A stretch of DNA of 63,612 nucleotides, the filler included, from Chiloscyllium plagiosum (Eukaryota), in assembly GCF_004010195.1 (NCBI RefSeq). It is 4 parts of one record of this genome, joined end to end, with 100 filler letters (N's around TTAATTAATTAA, not from the genome) between each part and the next. Parts side by side here need not be neighbours in the genome. Positions count along the whole stretch, not along the records: positions 41,375 to 61,913 come from NC_057711.1; positions 62,014 to 63,612 come from NC_057711.1; 2 more parts are not named here. The stretch is one strand, 5' to 3'. The position numbers and the translations under genes are program-made. The notes under the pieces were generated by a model. That model made no database searches. It was not told the DNA's origin and saw nothing but the letters and a program-made list of their open reading frames with translations. Below are positions 51,491-63,369 of the stretch, piece by piece. Numbering within the stretch: the stretch's first letter is position 1; each line of letters begins with the position of its first letter.

Positions 51491-54137
51491 GTATATTAGC
51501 ACCTATAGTACACCATTGCTAAAAGCCAAAATGACCACCTATTTATATATTGTTAATCTTACTAAGAATATACTCTTATGGTTTTGTGGTTGTGTCCCAA
51601 CCCATGGTCCAGAACTTCCAAGTTTGAGTCACACATTGGGACTTGTTGGGCATGGAAGGTTGTGGCCAAATTATCAGTCTGTAAATTCTTCCACTATGTC
51701 TAACATCAGACGATACAAGTGGTTACCCATTCCAGAAAGGCAGTGTTAAACCATCGCTCTCCCAATCCAATGGAAGTGCAGATTTCAAAAGCAAAGACAG
51801 AAGGCACTATTAGAAATGTTGACCAACTCCAGTGTGATTTATGGAGAACACCATTTCTTTCTTTAGCATATTGAAGAATTGTGAATTCAGTTTTATTTGC
51901 ATCCAAAATGGAAAGCATAGCAAGTTTTGTGAGGCATCACCTTGTTGATCTGCCCACACTTGTAGCTGGCCCATATTGTCAAATTGCAGCTCTCAATTTG
52001 CATCCAATGATTTCGAACAATGGATAATCATGGGTTATGCATCTGTGGTTTTTATGCACGCTGGCTCTGTGCAAGTACCCGCCAATGGCACAAGCAAGAC
52101 TTTTCAGTGTAAGCGCGGCTATAAAATTCATTGAAGCTTTCTGAATGTGGTGTTATTTTGTCAAGTTATATGTTTCAAATCTAGTTACCTATTAAGTAGT
52201 CATTGACAGTTATTGAAAATCATCCAAATCTGAAGTGTTGGACACATGGTCGCTCTCTCTCTGCGTTGGCCCATGGCAGGGAGGGGAGAGACTGATCTGG
52301 AGCAGCATGAGGTAAGGGATGAGATGGTTTCTTTGCAAAACAATTTTTAAGTGTGGTTTTCCTGTACACACACGATTCCCCATGGAAACAACTATGTCTG
52401 CACCAGTAAAGAGCACATATTAATTTTAGCATGAGTCATTGCCTTCAGAAGGATGAAGAAAACAAGAAAAACATTGATACAAAATTTGATATATTGGTAG
52501 CATTTGAAAATTTTTGGCAGGTCTTTACTGCTATAATTGGACCTTGAGGGTGAGGTGAGGTTCTGGGAACATTTAAAACTACTCTCAGAGTTTATGATAT
52601 CACGAGAAGCTCTTCAGTTCAATTACAGCCTTGTATCTCAATGGTAGTCATTTATCATGCTATAGAAGCTGTCGGCTGAACACTTTATGACTTTATTTGA
52701 CTTCTTTGTTTCCAGCGTGAGACTGAATTTGCAACAGAATCAACTGTTGACTGAAGGTAATGTAAATGACATTTAAAGTAATAACTTTGGAAGCAAGCCA
52801 GCTTGGAAAGCCAACTTAGCAGTCAGTCAAGGGCTTCAAGCTGGTTCTACTGGAGTAAAGCCAGTGTAAATGTCTCCTGAAGACTCTCCAGCCTATTGGA
52901 TGCCAGGCTTTGCTGTTGCCTAGGGAGGCTAATACAAGCAGGCTGATATCAGTGATGCATGAGATCAGCCTCTTGGCACTGAGTTTTCCCATAATTTGGT
53001 ACAGGTGTGCAGTTTAGCAGCATGACAGTTATTATTATCATATCCATTGAATATTGTGTAGCTTTGGTGAAATTAGTCCCTGTTACTTATGTAACAAATA
53101 TATCATGCAGCAGCTTTCATTTTAAAGAAATTACAATTGCTTTCACATAGCACATCAGCTTTCCAGAGCAAATGTCAATGTGTTTGATAGAACAGAAAAA
53201 CAAAAGGCCTGCTTTTCATAAAGTGTAGATGAGTCATACATATTTGTGGAAGCTCTCTTCCATGTTATTATTTTTCGATAATTTGCATTGGTTTTGAATC
53301 ATCTGCATTCTTGAATAATAATTGTTCAATCTATAGTACTGTAAATTTGATGTGAAAATACTGAGCTGGCTTTTTCCTGAGCATTTATATTCTTTTCCAG
53401 CCACTGTCAATGTTGGTTTGCAAACCCACATAGACATTTAAAGAGATGGTTCAATCTGCTTGTACAGCAGTGGAGGGAGTTAATGGCCCAAAATATTATG
53501 AATATAATGAAGGTGGAACTGAATTAGGGAGAGAACTCTTAGTATATATAAATATCATTATGGCCAGATGACAAGAGGTGACAGGCTGCAACACACCCCT
53601 CCCCACCTTGGTCAGTTGCAACAAATATTTTTTATCATGCAGCAGTCACAATACAATAAAACGTATTAACCAAATTAAAAATCAAAGAGGTCCAATTCTA
53701 CGGTCTATTTGAGTTATAGAGAGTTTCAGTGTCTATTAAACCCAGGAAAAATAAGGAAGTACATCAACAAACGCATAAACATAAACACAGTTAATAACGT
53801 TTTAAACAGAGGTGGAGAGGCAGGTGTCCATACAACAGAAAGGTAAGGACAGTTGCAGTTTAAAGATTTTTAGCGTCCTTGAGTTGCAACAATGAACCCT
53901 GAATCCCAATTGTACAGCTCTTGCCCTGTTTTCTGAAGATAACCTGAATTTCTCAGTGAACAATGGTTTCTCCGAGTTTATTTTTCACCAACACCAGTCC
54001 CTGAGATGATTGAGAGGGAGGGAGAAAAACATTCAGTATCCTTGCTACCATCAGCCCATGTGCTTACACTCTGCTTGGTTGTTCAAAGAATGTTGCAGAT
54101 TCTCATATCTATGCCATAGCTTCATTTCAAGTTTGCT

Positions 54138-54625
54138 AGTTGTAGACAGAAGACTAGCCACCAGGATACATGAACATCAACTAGCCTCAAAATGACATGA
54201 CCTTTTCTCACTAGTATCCTTACATACAGATAAGGAAGGACACCACTTTGATTGGGACACCACATCCATCCTAGGACAAGCCAAACAGAAACATGCATGA
54301 GAATTCCTAGAAGCATGGCATTCCAACCAGAACTCCATCAACAAACACATCGAGTTAGATCCCATCTACTACCCTCTAAGAAAAAGAACAGGAAATGACA
54401 TAACCACAGGAAATGACATCACGGCTGGAAATGGCATCAGCAATCCAAAGAAAGCCAACCATATAAATAGAAAGCAGGAATTATCAGCAGTGCTTTGCCC
54501 AGAGGCCAACTGAAGATATTACTTAATGGGGTGAGGAAACGTCTGGAAATGAACCTTCCAGTTCAGCAAACAAACCTACATCCAGAACCGCTACCTGAGC
54601 TACAAATTTTCTCAAAACTTGCTAA
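54138..54625 (+). mobile_element. PLE family C 3' fragment with hammerhead-like motif (54510-54543)
   Basis: RRLATRIHEHQLA...HHFDWD...EFLEAWHS...INKHIELDPIY (GIY-YIG end); CTGAAGA...GAAACGTC. Confidence 0.85.
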
Positions 54626-54744
54626 TCTTTTATTTCTCAATTTGTGAATTTATTATGCAAATATGAGTAATACAAGAGACATAAATTTCTCGAAGCCTCT
54701 CAGTGTCAGTGCCTCTAAATTGAAACAGTAATTCCAATGGATTG

Positions 54745-54945
54745 TCAAATAGTAGACAAGCAAGAGGCTGGAACAACACAGCAAGCCAGGCAGCACCAGG
54801 AGGTAGACAAGTCATCGTTTTGGGTGTAATCCTTCTGAAACGTTGACTTCTCCAATTTCTGATGGCTGCCTGGCTTGCTGTGTTCTTCCAGCCTCCTGCT
54901 TATTTACCTTGGACTCCAGCATCTGCAGTTTTCTTGTCTCTAACT
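54745..54945. mobile_element. Old palindromic PLE-end insertion
   Basis: Inverted arms gaggctggaacaacacagcaagccaggcagc / gctgcctggcttgctgtgttcttccagcctc; tail ccagcatctgcag as in family A. Confidence 0.65.
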
Positions 54946-55309
54946 GGGATTCTCAGACAAACACAAGAATAATTGTAGGTTGCCAGTGTCTCTTTTAAAA
55001 CCATTTTAGTTCATGAAAGTCTCAGGTATTAAAATCAAATGGCAAAAGTTGAAAATTGATAGTCCATTTTCACCACAATCATAATAATTTGCACAAACAA
55101 GAAAACTCATACCTCAGTGTTAATAAATTAAATGGTAGCCACTTAGTACTAGTTTTATAGGTGATATGACACTGTTGGTGGTGTGTGTGACAATGCAGAT
55201 ATTCATAGAAAATGTTAGAAATACATGCCAGGTATGGCATATTTGTAAAGCAAGAAGCAGTTAATGTTTCAACTGAATAACTGTTTGCTAGAACAAAAGA
55301 CATGGCAGC

Positions 55310-56940
55310 TAGGAAACTTGGGAAATAAGTAGTGGTGTCTTAAAAAGAGTCCACATTACAGAGAGGAGGAGCTGGAGGACATAAAATGCATAAAGATAGA
55401 TAAATTCCCAGGTCCTAATCAAGTGTATCTGAGGACATTGAGGGATACTAGGCATAAAATTGCAGGGTCCCTGCAGAGATATTTGTATCATCTACAGCCA
55501 CTGGTGAGTTGCAAGAAAACTGGAGTGCAGCTAACGTTGTGTATTATTCAAGAAAGGCTGCAAGGAAAAGCCAGGGAACTATAGACTGGGGAGCCTGATG
55601 TTAGTGGTGGGTAAGTTCTTAGAGGGCTTTTGATAGACAGAATCTATATACAATTTGAAAGGCATGGACTGATTAAGGATAGTCAACATGGCTTTGTGCA
55701 CAGGAAATCATGTCTCACAAATTTGATTGAATTTTTTGAAGAGGTAACCAATAGTATAGATGAAGACAGAGCCATGGATGTAGTCTACAGGGACTTTAGC
55801 AAAGTTTTTGACAAGGTTCTGCATGGCGGTTTGGTTAGTAAGGTTAGATCAAATGGGATATAGGGAGAGCTAGCCAAATGGATACAAAATTGGCTTGACA
55901 GTAGGATACAGAAGGTGGTGGTTAAAGGGTTGTTGGTCAGACTGGAAGCGTGTGACCAGCAGTGTGCCGCAAGGATTAATTCTGGGTCCACTGTTGTTCA
56001 TTATTTATATAAACAATTTGGCTGAGATTATAGGAGGCATGGTTCATAAACGTGCAGATGACGCCAAACTAGTGAAGAAGGTTATCTAAGAATATGGGAT
56101 CTTCATCAATGGGGCCAGTGGGCTGAGAAACGGGTAGATGGAGTTTAATTCAGATAAATATGAGGTGTTGCATTTCAGTACGACAAACCAGGACTTAAAC
56201 AGTTAATGGCAGGGCCCTGTGGAGTTTTGTCAAACAGAGAGACCAATGGGTGCAGGTTCATAGTTCCTTGAAAGTGGCATCACAGGCAGACAGTGCATTG
56301 AAAAAGATATTCAGTATTCTTGTCCTCGTTGGTCAGAACATTGAGTACACTAGTTGGCACATAGCATTATGTTCTACAAGAAATGCTAAGGCTGCATTTG
56401 AAGTAACGTGTACAATTTTGGTTGCTCTGCTATAGGAAGAATGTTATTAAACTGGGAAGGGTGCAAAAAAGATTTACAAGTACGCTACCAAGACTAGAAG
56501 GTTTAAGTTATTAGGAAAGGCCAGGACCTTTTCTCCCTGGAGTGTCAGAGGCTGAGGGGTGACCTTATAGAGGTTTATAAAATCATGAGAGGCACAGATA
56601 AGGTGAAGAGCCAAGGCATTTTGTCCAGGGTGGGGAAATCCAAAACTAGAGGGTGTATTTTAAAGGGGAAAGGGGAAAGATTTAAAAGGGAACCAAGGGG
56701 CAATGTTTTCACACAGAGGGTGCTGCATATCTGGAATGAACTGCCAGAGGAAATAGTGCAGGTCGGTACAATTGCAACACTTAAAAGACTTTGGGGCAGG
56801 CTCATGAATTGGAACAGTTTAGAGGAATATGGGTCAAACATAGGGAAATTAGACTAGTTCAGCTTAGGAAACCTGGTCAGCATGAACTGAATTGGGCCGA
56901 ACGGCCTGTTGCCATGCTGTGTAATTCCATGACTATGACT
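55310..56940 (+). mobile_element. CR1 RT and 3' end
   Basis: ORFs 55630.., 55895.., 56585.. (SQHGFV..KSCLTNLIEFFEEVT). Confidence 0.9.
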
Positions 56941-57995
56941 GGAAAAAAATATAGCTGGGACAAGGTCTAAGCAATTGTAGAGGCAGGCAAAGTTTGCTGT
57001 AGGATGATTTAAGGAGAAAGAACAGAGACAAGGTCTGTGATAAGCAAAAGGCTGGAAAGATTACAAGACAAAAGATATGATGGTGCAAGGCAAAAGGAAA
57101 TGGTAACATAAGCATTATACTTTTCGAAGAGGTCGTTTTTTTTTATTTGCAGATCAATCCAGACCAGCAGATTTTAAATGCAGCAATTGCAACTTCTCAG
57201 TCCAAAACACCAGCATAATCAGCATGACATCCACCATGACTCGCTTCTATGCTATTCAGGAATTTAGCTTTGCAAGCACTGAGGATACGGGGCATACCTG
57301 CAATACACTCTGTTGGTTTAACTGAGTAGGGATTGTGTATTGTACAGATAAGAACACGTGAATCATTCTTTAAATTGTTCTTGGACAAGTAGGTTACTGA
57401 ATTAGTGCTGTTTAAGACACTGAGTAACAACAACAATTTGCATTTATATAGCACCTTTAATTTAGTAAAATACTCCTTAGATGTCACAATAGCATTATCA
57501 AACAAAACCTTTACACTGATGCATAATCATGAATTAGGATTAGTGGTCAAAACGGTAGATTTTAAGTAATATCTTAAAGGAGGAAGAGAGACAGAAAGAT
57601 AATGGGGAATATAGATAGAGTTTCCAAATTCCAGTTCTTGGCAAATTAAAAATATGGCCACTAATGGTAGAGTGACATATTTGGGCAAAGGCCAGAACTA
57701 AATCAGACCATCTTGAAAAACATCAGGATTGCAGAGGACTACAGATTTAGTAAAGGACCAGGCCATGGAGAAATTGGAATTCAGGGGTGAACATTTTGCT
57801 TTAACACAGTAACTGACTGACACAAGTTTTCAATGTATTTGTGAAGTTGAATTTTTAATTCTGTATATTGTTAATGACATTTTGGATGAAAGATTGCGGC
57901 CTAGATTTTTGCAGTGACTGAGAGTCCCTCTGTTGTTGTGAAAATGGTGAATAAACCTGAAAATAGCAGGTTATTGTCTGAACTTGGCACCTAAC

Positions 57996-58558
57996 TGTAG
58001 TTATTGTGATGAGTTGAAACTTTATTGCTGGAACAGCACAGCAGGTCAGGCAGCATCCAGGGAACAGGAGATTCGACGTTTCGGGTACAGGCCCTTCTTC
58101 AGGCCCTTCCTGAAGAAGGGCCTGTACCCGAAACGTCGAATCTCCTGTTCCCTGGATGCTGCCTGACCTGCTGTGCTGTTCCAGCAATAAAGTTTCAACT
58201 TTGATCTCCAGCATCTGCAGACCTCACTTTCTCCTCGTTATTGTGATGAGGTCAGGCAGCTGGACCTCACAGACGATGAGCTCCCTGACTGGGGCTGTTA
58301 ATCTGGTCCAATCAGGGAGTCTGGCTAACAGATGTAAACAGTGTCAGAGGTTCTGTTCATTCGAAGAGCTGCCTCTGAGTAAGCTGGACTAGTGTCAAGT
58401 ACTAGATTAGAGTGGTGCTGGAAAAGCACAGCAGTTCATTCAGCATTCAAGGAGCAGGAAAATCAATGTTTCGGGCAGGAGCCCTTTACATGTGTAAATA
58501 AAGGGTGCCTTGGTGAATGGGATTCTGGCCACAGTGGAGTTATTTCAGTGGCAACAAG
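57996..58558 (+). mobile_element. LTR (TG...CA, 57996-58547) with PBS-like gtggcaacaag, interrupted by two PLE-end insertions
   Basis: tgtag start, ccaatc box, aataaa near 58497, ttatttca end followed by TGG. Confidence 0.6.
58014..58236. mobile_element. Perfectly palindromic PLE family A terminal insertion with hammerhead cores on both strands
   Basis: 92-bp arms 58012-58103 and 58109-58200 with no mismatch; cores 58110-58137 (+) and 58075-58102 (-); TSD gttattgtgatgag at 58000-58013 and 58237-58250. Confidence 0.92.
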
Positions 58559-59299
58559 AGTATCGAAACAAAGAGATTGCACCAGAGATGATGCAGAAGA
58601 GATTACCATGATGTTGCCTGAACTGCAGCACTTCAGCTATGAAAAGAGGCAAGATAGACAGCTTTCTTAGAGCAGAGAAGGCTGAAGTAGGATCTGATTG
58701 AGGAGAACAAAGTTCAGAGTGGCATAGACAAGAAATTTTTCTCCTTTCATGGCCAGGTCAATAACCCAAGGCATAATTATAAGGTAAGGAACAGGAAGGT
58801 TAGAGGAAATTTGAGGAAAAACTTTCTCACCCAGAAGGTTGTGGGAATCTGCACCTCACTGCCTAAAAGGATGGTGGACACAGGAACCCTCAAGAAATTG
58901 AATAGAATCAATGGATATTTGATATCTGGCATGGACACAATGGCTAAAGGCCTCTTTCTATGCTGTAAAAATTCTATGACTCTATATGTGATGACTTTTG
59001 GGAGATGTAAGGTGTGCTTTCGGATTTTCAGAAGGTAGGCATGTATACATCTATTTAGTACATGAGCTCGTTGAAGATGTAAGCCCATTGTTAATGTCAC
59101 AGAACTGGTCAAAAGTATCAAGAGGATTGTTAAAGGGAGCTAAAGCCACTGTTAAAGGGAGCCCTGGAGCATTTAAATGTCCAGCCCTTTAGATTTTTAA
59201 AAGAATGTTTGGACTATTTAAAAAACATTCATTGCTATTTCACTCTGTTGATGTAATCCTGAGGACTACTATTACTGGATTAATGACACATGGTGAGGA

Positions 59300-61913
59300 C
59301 AGTGCAGAAGAGAGAGAGAGAGAGAGAGAGAGAACCTGCACAGTTACTGCCTTTGCTGATTTTGAATTCATGTATCGCTGGACGTCGGAGTGCACCTGGG
59401 AAAATTAACAAACAGTGAATTTCACAACTAATCTTGGAGGAACCAGTTTGGGCGAAGTTCACCACACAGAATCAGATAAGTTAATTGTTATTTTAAGTCT
59501 GTCCAAGAGAAAGGCGGTATTAGTCAGTACAGTGGGTTCTTTCTTGATTATATCTTTTTGGAGCTATGTCTCTTGATTAAACTTAAAATATAAGCCATAG
59601 CTCTTAACCTGGTGCAGTGTTTTGTAGAGGTATAAGACGGTGTTATTTTCTGGGTCTGTAGATTGTGAAGGAGCAAAAATGTCAGATGTGGGAGTTTAAA
59701 GTGAGTTTAAGGGTTACTGCGGATTATATCTGCCATAAATGTTGTTGGATGCGAATCTTATCATATCGAGTGGATCGATTGGAGAGACAGATAGAAACGA
59801 TGGGGAATTTGCAACAGTAACAGTATGTGATGGATAGCAGTTATAGGAAGGGGGGAAAGTTTCAGATACAGTCACATAGATGGGTAAGAGAGGTTGGCAG
59901 CTAGGGCAGGAGTCTTTTGTGGATATACCCATTTCAAACGGGTATGCTGTTTTGGAAAATGTAGGGGGTGATGGATTCTCAGGGGAACGTAGCACAAACA
60001 GCCAAGTTTCTGGTATTGAGACTGGCTCTAATGCAATGAGGGGTACGTCGGCTTCCAAGAGATCAATTGTGTTAGGGGATTCTGTGTCAGAGGTACAGAC
60101 AGACGTTTCTGTGGCCAGCAGAGAAAAAGCAGAATGTTGTGTTGTTTCCCTCGAGTCAGGATCAAGGATGTCTCAAAGAGGGTGCAGAATGTTCTCACGG
60201 GGGAGAGGGGCCAGCAGGAGGTCATTGTCCACATTGGAACCAACAACATTGGAAGGGAAAAGGTTGAGATTCTGAAGGGAGATTACAGAGAGTTAGGCGG
60301 AAATTTAAAAAGGAGGTCCTAATGGGTAGTAATGTCTGGATTACTCCCAGTGCTGCGAGCTAGTGAGGGCAGGAATAGGAGGATATAGCAGATGAATGCA
60401 TGGCTGAGGAGCTGGTGTATGGGAGAAGGATTCACATTTTTGGATCATTGGAATCTCTTTTGGGATAGAAGTGACCCGTACAAGAAGGACGGATTGCACC
60501 TAAATTGGAAGAGGATTAATATACAGGCAGGGAAATTTGCTAGAACTGCTTGGGAGGATTTAAACTAGTAAGGTGGGGGGGTTGGGACCCAGGGAGATGG
60601 TGAGGAAAGAGATCAATCTAAGACTGGTACATTTGCAAACAGAAGTGAATCCAACAGTCAGGGCAGGCAGGGACAAGGTAGGACTAATAAATTAAACTGC
60701 ATTTATTTGACTGCAAGAGACCTAACAGGGAAGGCAAATGAACTCAGGGCATGGTTAGGAACATGGGACTGGGATATCATAGCAATTACAGAAACACGGC
60801 TCAGGGATGGGCAGGACTGTCAGCTTAATGTTCCAGGATATAAACGTTACAGGAAGGATAGAAAGGGAGGCAAGAGAGGAGGAGGAGTAGTGTTTTTGAT
60901 AAGGGATAGCATTACAGCTGTACTTAGGTAGGATATTCCCGGAAATACATCCAGGGAAGTTATTTGGGTGGAACTGAGAAATAAGAAAGGGATGATCACC
61001 TTATTAGGATTGTATTATAGACCCCCAATAGTCGGAGGGAAAATGAGAAACAAACTTGCAAGGAGATCTCAGCTATCTGTAAGAAGAATAGTGTAGTTAT
61101 GGTCAGGGATTTTAACTTTCCAAACATCGATTGGGACTGCCATAGTGTTAAAGGTTTAGATGGGGAGGAATTTCTTAAGTGCGTACAAGACAATTTTCTG
61201 ATTCAGTATGTGGATGTACCTACGAGAGAAGGTGCAAAACTTGACCTACTCTTGGGAAATAAGACAGGGTAGGTGACTGAGGTGTCAGTGGGGGAGCACT
61301 TTGGGGCCACCGACCATAATTCTATTCGTTTTAAGATCGTGATGGAAAAGGATAGACCAGATCTAAAAGTTGATGTTCTAAATTTTGACGGTATTAGGCA
61401 AGAACCTTCAAAAGCTGATTGGTGGCAGATGTTCGCAGGTAAAGGGACGGCTGGAAAATGGGAAACCTTCAGAAATGAGATAACAAGAATCCAGAGAAAG
61501 TATATTCCTGTTAGGGTGAAAGAGAAGCTGAAAATGTGTTGCTGGAAAAGCGCAGCAGGTCAGGCAGCATCCAGGAACAGGAGAATCGACGTTTCGGGCA
61601 TAAGCCCTTCTTTAGGTATAGGGAATGCTGGATGACTAAAGAAATTGAGGGTTTGCTTAAGAAAAAGAAGGAAGCATATGTCAGGTATAGACAGGATAGA
61701 TCGAGTGAATCCTTAGAAGAGTATAAAGGAAGTAGGAGTATACTTAAGAGGGAAATCAGGAGGGCAAAAAGGGGACATGAGATAGCTTTGGCAAATAGAA
61801 TTAAGGAGAATCCAAAGGGTTTTTACAACTATACTAAGGACAAAAGGGTAACTAGGGAGAGAATAGGGCCCCTCAAAAATCAGCAAGGCATCCTTTGTGT
61901 GGAGCCGCAGAAA
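59300..61913 (+). mobile_element. CR1 5' half: 5' UTR, ORF1 (zinc finger/leucine zipper plus SGNH esterase), ORF2 APE domain
   Basis: QMWEF...DYICHKC...VDRLERQ, SIVLGDS, VIVHIGTNNIG, WDIIAITET, EHFGATDHN; disrupted by stops and frameshifts; PLE-end insert at about 61521-61617 (-). Confidence 0.9.
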
Positions 61914-62013
61914 NNNNNNNNNNNNNNNNNNNNNNNNNNNNNNNNNNNNNNNNNNNNTTAATTAATTAANNNNNNNNNNNNNNNNNNNNNNNNNNNNNNN
62001 NNNNNNNNNNNNN
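61914..62013. other. Artificial join N44-TTAATTAATTAA-N44
   Basis: Same 100-nt spacer. Confidence 0.95.
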
Positions 62014-62935
62014 CAGAGACACGCACACACACACAGACACACACACTCAGACAGAGACATGCACACACGCACAGACACACACAAGCATGCACCATCAGGC
62101 AGAGACACACAGAGGCACGCACACCCATAGACACACACGTGCGCACACATGCACACACACGCAGACAGACATGCGCGCAGACACAGACACACACACGTGC
62201 GCAGACAGACATGCGCGCAGACACAGACATGCGCACACACACAGACATGCGCACGCACACAGACACGCACGCACACAGACCGAGACACGCACGCAGACCG
62301 AGACGCGTGCAGACAGACACGTGTGCACACACACAGACACGCGCGCACACACACAGACACGCGCACACACACAGACACGCGCACACTCACACAGACACGC
62401 GCACACTCGCACAGACACGCGCACACACAGAAAGAGACATGCACATACACAGAGTAATAGACACGCACGCACTCCGAGACACGCACACAGACCTAGACAC
62501 GCACACGCACAGTGACATGCACATGCACACGCACACACACACAAATACACACTTACAGAGATAGACAAACACACAGACAGACACACACAGACAGAGAGAG
62601 ACACACACACAGACAGAGAAGCACACAGACAGACACACACAGACAGACATACAGGCATGTGCACACTGATGCGCACAAACACTCTCACACACGCACGCAC
62701 ACTCACAGATAGACACTCAGACACAGACAAAAACACACAGACGTGCACAACCACTGATTCCTGATGAAGGGCTTATGCCTGAAACGGCGATTCTCCTGCT
62801 CCCCAGATGCTGCCTGACCTGCTGTGCTTTTCCAGCACCACTCTGTTCAATGCACAGACTCTCTGGCACACACATTTGGGCACACAGACGTACACACACA
62901 CAGACAGAGACACACAGACACCCGCGTCCCGCGTG
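62014..62935. repeat. CA/CAGA/CG-rich low-complexity tract containing a PLE family A end (about 62755-62845)
   Basis: Direct reading; the overlapping ORFs are low-complexity artefacts. Confidence 0.9.
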
Positions 62936-63369
62936 TATTTGATAAACCACTGTAAGGTCACCCCTCAGCCCTGAACAGGGTGGGACTGACAGACAACAGC
63001 TGGATGGGTTTCTCCCTCAGTCTGACTGACGCCCATTAAGACGATGTGCTTAATGCACTTAACGTGATAATGGAATCAAAACAGGAAACAGCCTGGGACA
63101 AAAACAAGCGGTCGGAACTCTTTAGAGATGCAAACTGCCTGAGGGTTAAACAGTCAGGGGAGCTATCTCAGCTTTGGAAACAAAGATGGAAACAGACCCT
63201 TCAGCCCAACCTGCCCATGCTGACCCAACTGAATCCAGGCCCATCTGCCAGCACTTGGCCCAGATCCCACTAAACCCTTCCTCGAGCTGATGGGGAATGT
63301 GGGAAAGGAAGTAGACAGGGAGGACGGTTCAGCTTTCTGTCGGTCTCTCTCTCTCGACGGCACTCGCAG

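Noticed and set aside
52220..52432. ORF with KNCFAKKPSHPLP resembling the AGTPBP1 RKCFPKNRLPLP exon
   Set aside because: Only a few residues match, whereas the true exons are strongly conserved; no suitable splice sites found.
57298..57347. miRNA-like hairpin (tgcaatacac...gtgtattgta)
   Set aside because: Stem of about 10 bp plus wobble pairs is too short, and I recognise no mature miRNA.
59679..61913. Active full-length CR1
   Set aside because: ORF1 and ORF2 contain stops, frameshifts and a PLE insertion, and the copy ends at a gap.
61958..62754. Several 100-219 aa ORFs rich in C/V or H/T
   Set aside because: Translations of a CA-type low-complexity tract; the same applies to 19788-20263.
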